64,000 bases of DNA from Paraspadella gotoi (lineage: Eukaryota > Animalia > Chaetognatha), in contig CM119271.1 in assembly GCA_051294375.1 (NCBI GenBank), forward strand, positions 14,576,770 through 14,640,769. The letters run 5' to 3'. A model generated the notes under the pieces. That model was given only the letters and a program-made list of their open reading frames with translations, made no database searches and had not been told where the DNA came from. Of this stretch, positions 24,793 through 36,700 are shown in pieces (positions within the stretch are counted from its first letter, which is position 1; every line of letters starts with the position of its first letter). Position numbers and translations under genes: made by a program.

Positions 24793-25666
24793 TCAAACGT
24801 CATTGGCGGCGCAACGTCCATCAGAACCTTCGCCGCCGTGTGGCACTCGTGTGGCAATTCCCCGATCCAACAGCTCTTCAATGGAAAGGGTTAAGAAGTC
24901 GACGTCGCAAGACGGCCAATCTGTCGCCGCCAAATTATCGTCGTCATCTTCATCGTGATCTTCGTCTTCTTCTTCATCTTCGTCCTCTTCGCCTTCGTCG
25001 AGGTCGCTCAAATCCGCGTCGTTACAATAACCGTCTTCATCGTCGTCGTCGTCGCCGTAATTCCTCGTCTCGTCCTCGCCGCCGGGGCGGCCGGTGACCG
25101 ATGCCCGCGCCCTCGCCGGACTCCTCGGCGACGAACAAGACGAACAAGATTCGATCTCCACCCAATCGTGAGGGAGGCCTTCGTCGTCGTCGTCGTCGCC
25201 GGCGTACTCCGCCTCGGGAATGGAATGGTATTCCTCGTAGAAGCGGTTAGAGTCGCCGGCGAGCGATTCCGCCGCCGAACGAATGACTCGAGTCACCAGA
25301 CCGCCGATGCCTGGATAGGAAATTTGTGGATGTCGTTAATTCTAATGATTAATTTACTGACAGATTAAATGCTTAATTGACTCACCAGACTCCAATGCGG
25401 CCATCCTTTGGTATCGAGGCTCTTTCAGTACCCTGTATGCCCTGATGGTCTTAGGGTGTTTTTTTCCGTAAACTCTCTCGCAGATGTCAGACCATTCCTA
25501 AAATACACATGGTCGAATTAGTTTTAAAAAAAAAACTACTATCTGATATTATAATTATTTCTTAAATACACTGATAGAATGACCATTCGAAACATGTCTC
25601 ATCGAGGAGAAGCGAGAGAGGGATGGTTCAACCTCTAGATTCACTCCGGGTCTAAAAAGACTATCC

Positions 25667-25717
<51 letters not shown>

Positions 25718-27835
25718 CTCCATTTTGTATGACTCACATCCACAAACCAGTCATCTAGAGTCGCTAAAATCTACGACACCCATCAGCCATCACCTCTGCC
25801 TTATACCACTAACCATAAGGCCAACAACAACAATAATAATAATATAAGATGCCCCCCGTTAGATAACCTTAAAGTAAGAGTAAGCCTTGCGATAATCTCG
25901 ATTGTCCTCGTGCAAGATGCCGATGTTGATGTAGAGACGGCAGGTGAGGGCGTGGTACTTGCCGAAGGTCAGCTTCGATAACTCCATCGCCTCATTGTAA
26001 AGCTTCTGTTGCTTGGAGCTTCCGCGGGTGGAGAGGATGCCTGGGAAGAAGAAAAAAGATGAAGAGAAAAAGTGGAGGAAATAAAATGGCCGTTGCATTA
26101 AGGCTAAGGATTTGGTACTTCATGTGAATGAAGCCTTAATAACAATGCAGATCAAGTCAAATTCAACACACAACCATAAACTTCACCTTCGTCTTTTCTC
26201 ACTCTATTGTCAACCCTTTTTTACATTGTAAATTTCGTTGTTATATTATATATAATAATATATAATCTTGAGGGGTATTGAAGGCGTGAAGAAATAGAGG
26301 GAAAAATGATGGTATATTTCGCGAAGAGTAGAAATGAGAGAATGTATCGCTAGACAAAATATACTGAGGGGCAGGAGGAGGAAAGAAGAAGAGGTAGAGG
26401 AGAATTGGACGGCAGGCCAAATCCTCCTCTGATAATATATACTATATTTAAACATTTAAAAATAACTCGTTCTTAACTAAAAATGGTTGCGTCCTCAGTT
26501 CCCTAATTTCCAAATCTAAAACTAAATCTAAATCTAAATCTAAAACTAAATCTAAAACTAAACCCACCTTTGGTCATGAGCGCCTCCGCCTTTCTCGCGT
26601 CGTCCTTGAACCTCTCGAAGATCCGCAGCGCCTCGTCGATCCTACCGATCCCCTGCTGTCGAGCGTCCCGTCCACTCAACTCGTTGTCGCCGCCGCAGGC
26701 GTCCCACGAGTCCAGATTGAAGGCGAGATTCATGAGGGAGAGTCCGAGGCGATGACGGTGAAGGATGACGGCGTCGAGAGTGTCGTCGACGTCTCCGTCC
26801 ACCTCGTCATTGTCCATCGAGTCGAGAATGCGGCGACGAAGCTCGATGGCTTTATGGCCGAAGCGGATGGCCTTTTGGATGTGCGGCAGCTGCTCGTCCG
26901 AGGCGAAGTCGTACATCTTCACGTATTCCGTGTAGCCTTTGGAGGCGAGATCGTAGAGGGAGGCGAGGCGAGTCGGTCTTGGGAAGATACAGGGATCGAT
27001 TAACTTGCGATCGGTCCGTAAAAATTATGCAAAACTATGTAAAATTCGTTAAAAGATAAAAGAAAACCGCGTTTGAAAATATAGATACATACAGTAAAGC
27101 AAAAAATGAAAGAAATAAAGTTATGGCATTTATAGTATAAACAAAAGGCGAGACGATGGTTTAATCGGAGACTAAATCTTGTTCATCTAACCTGGCGTCC
27201 AAATCGTTGGTCTCAACCTCGATCGCGTGCATCGTCATCTCGATGCCCGGCATGTAACACCCCGCCGTCATCAACAGATTGGCGACGCGTTCGTAGCGCC
27301 GCATGATTTCGTCGCGTTGCAACGTCGGCGGCATCGCGTCGTGAACCCTTAGAAGGTCGTCAGAAAAGATGGCGCCGTCGGAACACTCGTCTTCACACTG
27401 CTTTAGTTTTTGACGATATCTGGAAGTTAAAATTCTGATTAATGAGTAACTGAGACGGACGAACCGACGGACAACAAAATACGGACCTCTCGCTCATAGC
27501 CTCGTGCCCCCCCGCCGACTCCCAAAGACGGAGCAACCCCTCGTCGTCCTCGAGGTCGAAGGTTTCGAGAGTCGACCATTCGGAGAGATAATCGGCGAGA
27601 GAGTCGCAGTCGCCGATGGCCTGAAGGTAAAATGTCGATGTCAGAGTTAAAACGAAGGATCGGGGGAGAAACAACAAAAGGCCATCGAAGCAACGATTCT
27701 CACCATCAGATGATGAGGCAACTCCTCCGCCCGGCGTCTAGGGTCTTCGACCCCGGCAAAATACTTGGCCAGTTTCGTTCGCCACCAAAGGGAAAGTCGG
27801 TAAAACTCGGGGTTGGTCGAGGACGGTTTGGAATC
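24793..27835 (-). pseudogene. Duplicated 3' exons of the NACHT/TPR gene, lacking the NTPase exons
   Basis: Same exons as 32828-35864. They are preceded upstream by the DIRS fragment instead of the 5' exons. Confidence 0.7.
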
Positions 27836-28215
27836 TGAAATAGAAAAAAGAAATTTAATTATAATGAATTAATGATTATAAAATCTAATTTTATTATGAA
27901 AAAATAGACAAGAAAAGACGGTGTAAATTTTCAGATTTTCAGAGTGAATCCAAGCAGAAACAGATGCTATTTATAAAGGACTAGTGGACGAAGCCAGTTT
28001 CCTCTTCCGGAATCCTCCTCTTCTCTTCTGAAACCTTCTTTTTCTCTTCCGGAAACTATTGTTCCTTTTATGAACAACCCCCTTATACTTCTAAAATCCC
28101 GTTCGAAATCATTCCAGAATCTTCTTCCTCTTCCTTAATCCTTTCCTGTTTCCGGGTTTCATTCATCCGTGATGATATTATGGCAACGGGGAGACATGTG
28201 TGATGCCCGGGGAGT

Positions 28216-29286
28216 GAATAAGCGCAACCAAAAAAGACAAAAAACCCCGAAGCCGCCCTCCACCACCGGTGGTTGCCAGGGTGGACGGCGGGAGACCACG
28301 TGGTGGAGAGGAGCCATGAAGAATCCCGGTTCCATTTGGAACCATAAATTCTATCATGTTGCTCCTCTCCACCACGTAGTTGCTCCAGTAACAAGAGCGG
28401 CGAGGATAAACAAAAACAAGATAAAGTCGAATTGGTGGAGCGAAAATAATCGAAAAAATTTCACTAATGTATGCCGAAAAGGCAAAATCACAAAATAAGA
28501 GAACATCAACTCACCGTTGCCACGAAGCCATATCCGAGCGCAAGGAACGTTGAAAACTCCTCCCACTGCTGCTGAAAGAAGGCGAAGCCCTCCTGTATAA
28601 TGCCAAGTTGATTCGTTTCACCGCTAAGGCCGAGTCCTTTGTAGGCGAATGCACCACGTCCTCTCCCCTACCACCATACGCCGATGAATAAGTCGGTGCA
28701 CCCGGCCTCGAGCCCGCCAGGGAAGAACCCAGCGGCGGGGTCGCGGACCTCGGCGGCGCCCTAGCGCATGTTCACCCGCGGGAGAAACAGAGGCCGTTAC
28801 GGGAGGTGGAGGGGGCGGAGACAGGCCCCTAAAACGTCGGGCGGCTCCGGAGTCAGACCCATTTCCGGGCCCGCTCGCTCGCTTTTGACCGCTTTTACGC
28901 GGGCTCGATTTCGGTTTGCGAGACTCGGACATCTTGACAATAAACCGAAACCGACTTCGAGATTCACCCCAAACTGAATCGAAACAAATCTCGGAAGGGA
29001 AAAAGAATTTCCGTAGTATCAAATTATTTCCAAAAAATAATTGCAGAAAAAATTTCAAAAAATTTCAAAAAATATTCAAAAAACCTGTGAACGACAAGTC
29101 GTGAACAAAAAAAGTGATTTCGTGGCGTTCGCTTTCGCTGAGCTAGTATCTGAGAGGAGGAAGAGCAGGAGGGGGAAGAGCAGGAGGATCCTGCTTTTCC
29201 GTTTTTTCTTTTGTCCTTTCTTGTGGACAACACGACATCTGGAACAAAAGAGCAACTACGTGGTGGAGAGGAGCAACATGATAGAA
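28216..29286 (-). mobile_element. DIRS 5'-end fragment (terminal repeat, leader and ICR)
   Basis: Colinear with 44246-45320. It contains the ICR at about 28299-28385 and ends at catgatagaa. Confidence 0.9.
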
Positions 29287-30960
29287 TTTTAAAATATTAC
29301 AGAGCATATGGAAGAACTGAGTCTCAGCGACAAACAGAGAGAATCGCGAAAAGTCTTGCGAGATTAGAATCAGAAGAACTCGTGGGGGAGAAAGGAAAAA
29401 AAAGACTAACGGCAATCGTGAGACCATCGAAAAAAGTAAATGAAACGCGCCATGTGACTCCCGGCGGATCAGGTTTTTTTTTAATTTTAATTTTTTAAAA
29501 GAAAAAAAAATAACAATCACTAAAACCCTTTTAATGTTACAATTTCGAATCCGATTTTACAAATTTTAACCCAATCATCGGGGAAAAGACATCAAAGAAT
29601 TCCAGCGCACGTTTCAAGACTCGGTCGTCCCAACCGCCTACGAGTAAGGACCGAAGGAAGCCCGGGAAGGGGGGGGGAAGAAAGGAAGGGACCGCGCTCT
29701 CCCGCCCACACCGTCTCAACCCATCACCCTCGTTCCCCGCCTCGTCTTAAATGAAGATCGAGATGCGGAGAGAGAGAGAGAGAGAGAGGGAAACATCCGG
29801 GACGGACGAGGCAGCTGTGAATAAAAGAAAACGAGAGAGAAGAAAGCGAGAAGACGAATGGGAGGACGGAGACGAGAAGGAGGCCTATTCTCCATATCAG
29901 CGTTATAAGAAAAAGATAACTATAGCCAAACCGTTTTTTTAAAATAAAGAATATCCAATATTATCAGTGGGATAAAAAGAATTATAATAATTCGAGTTCC
30001 AAAATCATTGTCTAAAATACCCGAAATAAATACATTTTCTTGTCACCTTTAGTCTTCATTTACCAAAACCCGACGCAGTCTGCTACAACGTCGATGGTAT
30101 GTACATAAAAATTACGATGAATAGATTTACTAAGAAAATGAATAAATGAATAATTATTAAATAAATTGAAATAAATTGAAAGAAGTTCATCGAATACCCA
30201 ATCTATACCATGTCTTTAAGAACTGGGCAATTACATGAAAGGGAGCATCGAAAATATTAACAAGGAGACTGGATATCTTCGTCGCTGCAGGCATCTCAAA
30301 TTTGACGAAATTTGGCATTCAGTTTATACCGACGTTATGTGATTAGTCAGATGATTTCTGGTAATTTTACGAAATAAAAAATACGGAAAATCCCACCACG
30401 TCGAGGTCTCCAGGTTTCTTTGCCGATAATCGGTGAATACGTCTACTTGAAACGAGATGTGAGGCCCTCGCGTACGATCACCAATTCAGGGAGAGCGAGA
30501 AAGAGTTCACTTATTTCATCTTTTCCTCAAGAAAAGAAGATTGTGTGACGCTCTCACGACTCTGAAGAGTGAGAAATACATACAACAAGATAAGCAGATG
30601 ACAATTCCGACTAATTCTCTGATAATCCTATTTAGTAACACCATGGATTTTTTTTTACTTAGTACAAGGCTCCCACCCCCCCAAAAAAGGAATTTCAAAT
30701 TTATCAAATCGAAATATAAAAAAAATGAACAAAGTCAAAGATTTAAAATATATTTAAGCTCACTCCCCCACCAAAAAATAAAAAAATAAAAAAAACCAAA
30801 AAAACGTCTTGGGTCATCCTGTTTGTTTCTTTTTGAAAAGAGGGTGATAGCAAGGGAAAGGGGGGACTTAAAGAGAGAATTCTACTTATTATTTTAAAGC
30901 CACACATTACAGTTATTCTACAAGGCAAGGGCAACGGCGTGACCAAAAGACAAACATTTT

Positions 30961-32193
30961 TTAATCCACCGTGCCCAAAACGTATCGAACGGTAAAAGCG
31001 AAAACGGTGACACCGAGTATCACGACGATGTTAGTCAAATTGGCGACGATGGCGCCGCCGACGGCCTCTCCCCCGCCGCCCCAAGCCCATTGAAATAAAC
31101 CTGGCGCGGCGCCTGGCTCGGGCTCGACGACGCCGCGGCGACCGTCCATGTCGCCGCTGGACGCCGTCGACGATGAGTCGTGTTTTCGCTTCGACGATTT
31201 GGCGGCGTCTGCCGCGCCGGAAGCGCCAGGCGCTCCGGAGCCGGCCGAGGCGAGCAAACCGTCGTTCATCTCTCGCAGTTTGTCGCCGATCTCCTCGGCC
31301 GTCTCGGGAAAGAGTTGGACGAAGACTTTGTTGGCGAGATTGTGGGAGAGGCTCTGAAGGGCCAACTGACGTTTGGTGTGGTCCGAGGTTTCAACGCTGC
31401 CGAGGGTCGGAGTCTTTTCTACCATGAAGCTGACCTGAATTTGGAGTTGGTGGGCTCGATAAAACTTGAGCTGCAGCTTTCTCTTTTTTTTTCTCTTAAT
31501 TTGTTTAATATAGGATAAAACAAAAAGTAATACGTAAAGAAACTCACCAGTCCGGTCAATATGCTGGAAACGCTCCAGGCTGGGTTCCATGTGTCAGGAT
31601 GAAAGTCGGAAATTGAGAGACATAAACGCGTGTTAACCTAAAGTAGTAAAAAAAGGTAGGGCCAATACGAAAAAATACAATGCAATGCAATAATAAATTT
31701 ATGGAAATCTCGTCGCGACGAAGCCGGAACGACAACAAATATCGAAATTTTCGAAAATAGGGTTAGTTTTATACACTATTTTTAGTATTACTTACCTTGA
31801 ACCTGCCATTCGGCGTGATCATGTAGATGCTGGGCGGTTTGAAGGGGAATTCCCGGGGGAAGACGAGCTTTCCGTGGTAGAATCCGCCCTCGTAGGGAGT
31901 CTTCTCGGGTCCGCGGACGACGTAGTGCCATTCGAGGATGTTTCGTCGGCAGAAACGTCGCCGTCACGTAAGGCACGGGATCGCGGCGCAGGCGAAGCAG
32001 GTCCTTTGAAAATGTATAATAATGACACGAATGAATAATGAATAATCAACTGAATCATTTAACGAAGTGAATGAATGAATGAGTGCGAAAACTATAAAAA
32101 ATAATTCTAAAGAAAGTAATTCCATGAGACATGGTAGTACGGAAAACTAAATTTCACCTGCTTCAAACGCGCCGTGGCGGTGGTGTTCACCAT
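30961..32193 (-). CDS. UBE2J2: Second UBE2J2 copy with a 1-bp insertion in exon 2 (pseudogene or consensus error)
   Basis: Matches copy 1 except ggatgtttcgtc (about 31936-31947) versus ggatgttcgtc, which shifts the frame. Confidence 0.8.
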
Positions 32194-32827
32194 GGCCTTT
32201 GACTTTTTCGACGCCATTTTTGCGTTTTAAAGTTTTCCGTCTCGAAATTGTATTTTGTCGTCCTTTTAAAGGTTTTTTTTTTTTTTGAGACCCTTCCGCC
32301 CCCCAAAAATATGGTTATCGAAGCTCGAAATGATAATTCCGCTTTTTGAAAAAACATCTGCCAAAAAAAGAGAAAGGCCGAAGCGACGGGGATGAAAACA
32401 AATGAGACGGCGGGAATAAATTCGGGACGTAAAAGCATTTTGGTTTCTTTACAATTTGATAATGAGGATATTTTTGCGTCGTCAGCCTTTACGATTATAC
32501 TAGCACGACATTAGTTACACGATTTTGAGTAAACACGTCCAAGGATTGAGAAATAAAACCTCATCATTGAAAGGAAAAGAAACCGCTTCTGAGTACAGAT
32601 CTTTTAAATTTGTACGAGCGTACCTAAAATTGTACATTAAATTGTAAAAACTTTTAATGTGTAAGAGCGCTTATCTAATATGTAAAGTACGCGCTAAACT
32701 AAGCCAATCAGTTTCATAAAAACTTTAAAGAGGATGAAAATTTTTCTTAAAGATCACAGTCCAAGGTTTTGGAGAATTTATCCTAAAAATGAAAAGGACG
32801 ACGTCGTGGAAACTTCTTAGCGTCCGA

Positions 32828-33702
32828 TCAAACGTCATTGGCGGCGCAACGTCCATCAGAACCTTCGCCGCCGTGTGGCACTCGTGTGGCAATTCCCCGA
32901 TCCAACAGCTCTTCAATGGAAAGGGTTAAGAAGTCGACGTCGCAAGACGGCCAATCTGTCGCCGCCAAATTATCGTCGTCATCTTCATCGTGATCTTCGT
33001 CTTCTTCTTCATCTTCGTCCTCTTCGCCTTCGTCGAGGTCGCTCAAATCCGCGTCGTTACAATAACCGTCTTCATCGTCGTCGTCGTCGCCGTAATTCCT
33101 CGTCTCGTCCTCGCCGCCGGGGCGGCCGGTGACCGATGCCCGCGCCCTCGCCGGACTCCTCGGCGACGAACAAGACGAACAAGATTCGATCTCCACCCAA
33201 TCGTGAGGGAGGCCTTCGTCGTCGTCGTCGTCGCCGGCGTACTCCGCCTCGGGAATGGAATGGTATTCCTCGTAGAAGCGGTTAGAGTCGCCGGCGAGCG
33301 ATTCCGCCGCCGAACGAATGACTCGAGTCACCAGACCGCCGATGCCTGGATAGGAAATTTGTGGATGTCGTTAATTCTAATGATTAATTTACTGACAGAT
33401 TAAATGCTTAATTGACTCACCAGACTCCAATGCGGCCATCCTTTGGTATCGAGGCTCTTTCAGTACCCTGTATGCCCTGATGGTCTTAGGGTGTTTTTTT
33501 CCGTAAACTCTCTCGCAGATGTCAGACCATTCCTAAAATACACATGGTCGAATTAGTTTTAAAAAAAAAAACTACTATCTGATATTATAATTATTTCTTA
33601 AATACACTGATAGAATGACCATTCGAAACATGTCTCATCGAGGAGAAGCGAGAGAGGGATGGTTCAACCTCTAGATTCACTCCGGGTCTAAAAAGACTAT
33701 CC

Positions 33703-33753
<51 letters not shown>

Positions 33754-36700
33754 CATTTTGTATGACTCACATCCACAAACCAGTCATCTAGAGTCGCTAA
33801 AATCTACGACACCCATCAGCCATCACCTCTGCCTTATACCACTAACCATAAGGCCAACAACAACAATAATAATAATATAAGATGCCCCCCGTTAGATAAC
33901 CTTAAAGTAAGAGTAAGCCTTGCGATAATCTCGATTGTCCTCGTGCAAGATGCCGATGTTGATGTAGAGACGGCAGGTGAGGGCGTGGTACTTGCCGAAG
34001 GTCAGCTTCGATAACTCCATCGCCTCATTGTAAAGCTTCTGTTGCTTGGAGCTTCCGCGGGTGGAGAGGATGCCTGGGAAGAAGAAAAAAGATGAAGAGA
34101 AAAAGTGGAGGAAATAAAATGGCCGTTGCATTAAGGCTAAGGATTTGGTACTTCATGTGAATGAAGCCTTAATAACAATGCAGATCAAGTCAAATTCAAC
34201 ACACAACCATAAACTTCACCTTCGTCTTTTCTCACTCTATTGTCAACCCTTTTTTACATTGTAAATTTCGTTGTTATATTATATATAATAATATATAATC
34301 TTGAGGGGTATTGAAGGCGTGAAGAAATAGAGGAAAAATGATGGTATATTTCGCGAAGAGTAGAAATGAGAGAATGTATCGCTAGACAAAATATACTGAG
34401 GGGCAGGAGGAGGAAAGAAGAAGAGGTAGAGGAGAATTGGACGGCAGGCCAAATCCTCCTCTGATAATATATACTATATTTAAACATTTAAAAATAACTC
34501 GTTCTTAACTAAAAATGGTTGCGTCCTCAGTTCCCTAATTTCCAAATCTAAAACTAAATCTAAATCTAAATCTAAAACTAAATCTAAAACTAAACCCACC
34601 TTTGGTCATGAGCGCCTCCGCCTTTCTCGCGTCGTCCTTGAACCTCTCGAAGATCCGCAGCGCCTCGTCGATCCTACCGATCCCCTGCTGTCGAGCGTCC
34701 CGTCCACTCAACTCGTTGTCGCCGCCGCAGGCGTCCCACGAGTCCAGATTGAAGGCGAGATTCATGAGGGAGAGTCCGAGGCGATGACGGTGAAGGATGA
34801 CGGCGTCGAGAGTGTCGTCGACGTCTCCGTCCACCTCGTCATTGTCCATCGAGTCGAGAATGCGGCGACGAAGCTCGATGGCTTTATGGCCGAAGCGGAT
34901 GGCCTTTTGGATGTGCGGCAGCTGCTCGTCCGAGGCGAAGTCGTACATCTTCACGTATTCCGTGTAGCCTTTGGAGGCGAGATCGTAGAGGGAGGCGAGG
35001 CGAGTCGGTCTTGGGAAGATACAGGGATCGATTAACTTGCGATCGGTCCGTAAAAATTATGCAAAACTATGTAAAATTCGTTAAAAGATAAAAGAAAACC
35101 GCGTTTGAAAATATAGATACATACAGTAAAGCAAAAAATGAAAGAAATAAAGTTATGGCATTTATAGTATAAACAAAAGGCGAGACGATGGTTTAATCGG
35201 AGACTAAATCTTGTTCATCTAACCTGGCGTCCAAATCGTTGGTCTCAACCTCGATCGCGTGCATCGTCATCTCGATGCCCGGCATGTAACACCCCGCCGT
35301 CATCAACAGATTGGCGACGCGTTCGTAGCGCCGCATGATTTCGTCGCGTTGCAACGTCGGCGGCATCGCGTCGTGAACCCTTAGAAGGTCGTCAGAAAAG
35401 ATGGCGCCGTCGGAACACTCGTCTTCACACTGCTTTAGTTTTTGACGATATCTGGAAGTTAAAATTCTGATTAATGAGTAACTGAGACGGACGAACCGAC
35501 GGACAACAAAATACGGACCTCTCGCTCATAGCCTCGTGCCCCCCGCCGACTCCCAAAGACGGAGCAACCCCTCGTCGTCCTCGAGGTCGAAGGTTTCGAG
35601 AGTCGACCATTCGGAGAGATAATCGGCGAGAGAGTCGCAGTCGCCGATGGCCTGAAGGTAAAATGTCGATGTCAGAGTTAAAACGAAGGATCGGGGGAGA
35701 AACAACAAAAGGACATCGAAGAACGATTCTCACCATCAGATGATGAGGCAACTCCTCCGCCCGGCGTCTAGGGTCTTCGACCCCGGCAAAATACTTGGCC
35801 AGTTTCGTTCGCCACCAAAGGGAAAGTCGGTAAAACTCGGGGTTGGTCGAGGACGGTTTGGAATCTGAAATAGAAAAAAGAAATTTAATTATAATGAATT
35901 AATGATTATAAAATCTAATTTTATTATGAAAAAATAGACAAGAAAAGACGGTGTAAATTTTCAGATTTTCAGAGTGAATCCAAGCAGAAACAGATGCTAT
36001 TTATAAAGGACTAGTGACGAAGCCAGTTTCCTCTTCCGGAATCCTCCTCTTCCTCTTCTGAAACCTTCTTTTTCTCTTCCGGAAACTATTGTTCCTTTTA
36101 TGAACAACCCCCCTTATACTTCTAAAATCCCGTTCGAAATCATTCCAGAATCTTCTTCCTCTTCCGGAATCCTCTTCCTTAATCCTTTCCTGTTTCCGGG
36201 TTTCATTCATCCGTGATGATATTATGGCAACGGGGAGACATGTGTGATGCCCGGGAGTAGGGCTCCCAAAAATATCCTACTTTAGAAAAGTTGTTGGTTC
36301 TCGCAAAGTTTCTTATTCCAATTTTAGTGAAAAAAACGAATATCACAATGAAAAATTTCTCAGGTTGTGATTTATGGACTTTCCACGCCACTTTATGTGG
36401 CGTACCACTTCCGTTCAAAAATAGCTGTTGTTTTTTGAAATAAAATGTTTCTAGACTAAAATTAGTTATTTTAAGCTTATTTCTGGTTAATTATACATAG
36501 TTCTAAATATTTAAATTTTTTATTAAATTATATGTATACATGTATATTACTAAAATTATTAAATACTTACATTAATATTTCAAAACTTAAAAAAAATGAA
36601 ATAATTGCATTTTTGAAAGATTTTCTAATACTATTCTTTTGAATTTAGTTAACAATAATTCTACTGTTATGTTTATATTCATATATGTTTTTTAATATTA

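Larger units (their letters stand above)
21246..28217. repeat. ~7-kb direct segmental duplication, copy A (copy B at 29285-36257)
   Basis: Near-identical sequence and duplicated ORF track at an offset of about 8.04 kb. Differences are mostly homopolymer indels plus a few substitutions. Confidence 0.97.
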
